DNA of 63,223 bases, the filler included, from Octopus bimaculoides (Eukaryota): the NCBI RefSeq assembly GCF_001194135.2. It is 4 parts of 4 records of this genome, joined end to end, with 100 filler letters (N's around TTAATTAATTAA, not from the genome) between each part and the next. Parts side by side here need not be neighbours in the genome. Positions count along the whole stretch, not along the records: positions 58,301 to 63,223 come from NW_026336268.1; 3 more parts are not named here. One strand, 5' to 3'. Below the pieces are notes generated by a model. It was given only the letters and a program-made list of their open reading frames with translations. It was not told where the DNA came from and searched no databases. Made by a program: the position numbers and the translations under genes. This document shows, piece after piece, positions 61,092 to 63,223 of this stretch. Numbering within the stretch: the stretch's first letter is position 1; every line of letters begins with the position of its first letter.

Positions 61092-61250
61092 CAGTGCTGT
61101 TTTCTGCAAGTGCTCCACCCTTATTTCAGCCCCTATTTGTTCCACGTACTTCTCGAGATTTTTGCTCGCTGTTCCCAGGGCTCCGACAATTATTAGTACT
61201 ATTATCACCTTTTTCATCGACCACAACTGCTTAACCTCCCAAAATTATTA
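61092..61250 (-). mobile_element. Second Dong/R4-like fragment, inverted
   Basis: WEVKQLWSMKKVIIVLIIVGALGTASKNLEKYVEQIGAEIRVEHLQKTAL. Confidence 0.82.
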
Positions 61251-61553
61251 GTTAGGTGCAGTTGGGCGAGAGACCAACAAAACTCCTTGTCACACCGAAG
61301 ATGAACCCTAAGACAAGGTTTATGGCAACGTTGACCAACTTAAACAAGGAGACCGTCCAAAAGAGTTGCAGGAGATGCTAGAGTCGTCTGGAGGCCGTGA
61401 TTGAAGCCAATGGGGATTTTATTGAATACATTTACTTTTTAGTATTTCAAGATATTTTTATGTAATTCTGGTAAAGATATCGGTTAAAATGAGTTGTCAG
61501 TGTTATTTTCATTTTTGCGTAATTTAAACAACAGTTTATTCACCACACCCTAC

Positions 61554-61586
<33 letters not shown>

Positions 61587-61890
61587 CATATATATTCAAA
61601 CACACACACACACACACATACACACACACACACACACACACATATCCCTGCTCTCACACTTTCCTTTGCGCAGCCTCCCGCTCGCCCAATCACGCTACTG
61701 TATGGAATTGTAGTCACAAGATTATATGCCCTGTTTGTCCCACATAAATTAACATATATTAAACTGTTCACACCTTGAGCACAAATTTGTATCCAAAAGC
61801 CAACAGCTTTATGCTAATTGTACTACAACATAATGTTATACTGTATATTGTTTACAAATCCAGTCCAAATCACTGAATTATGCAACAGCA

Positions 61891-61938
<48 letters not shown>

Positions 61939-61939
61939 T

Positions 61940-62472
61940 CATCATCATCATCATTGTTTAACGTCCGCTTTCCCTGCTAGCATGGGTTGGACGATTTGAC
62001 TGAGGACTGGCGAACCAGATGGCTGCACCAGGTTCCAATCTGATCTGGCAGAGTTTCTACAGCTGGATGCCCTTCCTAACGCCAACCACTCCGAGAGTGT
62101 AGTGGGTTCTTTTACGTGCCACTGGCATGAAGGCCAGTCAGGCTATACTGACAATGGCCATGCTCAAATGGTGTTTTTTATGTGCCACCTACACAGGAGC
62201 CAGTCCAGTGGCACTCGCAATGCCCTCACTCAAATGTTTTTACAAGTGCCAGTAAGGCGACGCTGGTAACGATCACGCTCGAATGGTGCTTTTTACGTGC
62301 CACCAGCATGGAAGCCAGTCAGCTGCTCTGGCAATGGTCACGCTCGGATGGTGCTCTTAGCACTCCACTAGCACAGATGCCAGTCATCGAATTTGATTTC
62401 GATTTCACTTACCTCAACAGGTCTTCACAAGCAGAGTTTAGTGTCCAATGAAGGAAAAGCATGCATAAGTGG
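61940..62472 (-). mobile_element. RTE 3' UTR/tail with about five internal 50-65-bp sub-repeats
   Basis: Repeated TTTTACGTGCCAC...GCCAGTC...CACGCTCGAATGGTG units; (CAT)n tail. Confidence 0.88.
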
Positions 62473-62706
62473 NNNNNNNNNNNNNNNNNNNNNNNNNNNN
62501 NNNNNNNNNNNNNNNNNNNNNNNNNNNNNNNNNNNNNNNNNNNNNNNNNNNNNNNNNNNNNNNNNNNNNNNNNNNNNNNNNNNNNNNNNNNNNNNNNNNN
62601 NNNNNNNNNNNNNNNNNNNNNNNNNNNNNNNNNNNNNNNNNNNNNNNNNNNNNNNNNNNNNNNNNNNNNNNNNNNNNNNNNNNNNNNNNNNNNNNNNNNN
62701 NNNNNN

Positions 62707-62866
62707 TTTAACATCCATTTTCCAGGCTGGCATAGGTTGAACAGTTTGACTGGGGTCTGGGAAGCCAGGAGGCTGCACCAGGCTCAATCTGATCTGGCAA
62801 CGTTTCTGCAGCTGGACGCCCTTCCTAACGCCAACCACTCCGAGAGTGTAGTGGGTGCTTTTTACA
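62707..62866 (-). mobile_element. RTE 3' tail, variant subfamily
   Basis: tttaacatccattttccaggctggc...ccactccgagagtgtagtgggtgc. Confidence 0.82.
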
Positions 62867-63109
62867 TGATGATGATGATGGTGGTGGCGATGATGATGAT
62901 GATGATGACGATGATGATGATGATGATGATGATGACATATGCCCAAAATGTAGTTTTATATACATTTTTAATCATTTTGTTTTTTGTTTTTTGTTCATAA
63001 CACCATCAAAAAGGATTGGATGTCAATCTCCACCTACGAAGAAGTCGTGTCTTGATTATAAGGTTACAGCACATGCACACCATTCGTAGTTCGTTTTTTT
63101 ACTCTACAG

Positions 63110-63160
63110 GTGTGAGGTTTCAGGTCAGGTGTGACAACAAAGTATCCAACGTGATTACAG
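63110..63160 (+). CDS. Candidate 51-nt symmetric exon: (G)VRFQVRCDNKVSNVIT(G)
   Basis: Acceptor TTTTTTTACTCTACAG, consensus donor CAG|GTAAGT; phase 1-to-1 frame open; no neighbouring exon found in the window. Confidence 0.5.
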
Positions 63161-63223
63161 GTAAGTAAAATGAAAACTGGAAAAAATAAAACGATAAAAA
63201 ATATATATATATATATATATATA

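Noticed and set aside
3323-62946. Long ORFs in the track made mostly of X
   Set aside because: They are runs of N read through without stops and carry no coding evidence.

Overview
Eukaryotic, AT-rich, repeat-dominated animal DNA. The repeat families look like those I recall from Octopus (coleoid cephalopod); that assignment is inference, not a database result. The window is not one contiguous locus. Three artificial 100-bp spacers (44 N + TTAATTAATTAA + 44 N at 14384, 33830 and 58201) join four scaffold pieces, and there are many other N gaps. Almost every ORF in the supplied track is a gap or microsatellite artefact. What can be supported: (1) several modular tRNA-derived SINE families; (2) decayed non-LTR retrotransposons, namely a HERO-like RLE element, an RTE with an embedded PHD-like finger and many 5'-truncated 3' tails, two R4/Dong-like RLE families associated with (TACA)n and (AAT)n, and a Penelope-like RT; (3) hAT-, mariner- and piggyBac-type MITEs; (4) hammerhead-ribozyme-like folds on Penelope-like terminal repeats; (5) a pre-miRNA-like hairpin; (6) a 23-bp minisatellite; (7) a phase-consistent chain of five small minus-strand exons (29579 to 22755) inside a CpG-eroded domain that looks like a methylated gene body. 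I could not name that protein. All translations and folds were done by hand, and TE boundaries are approximate (about +/-20 bp) unless a TSD or TIR is quoted.
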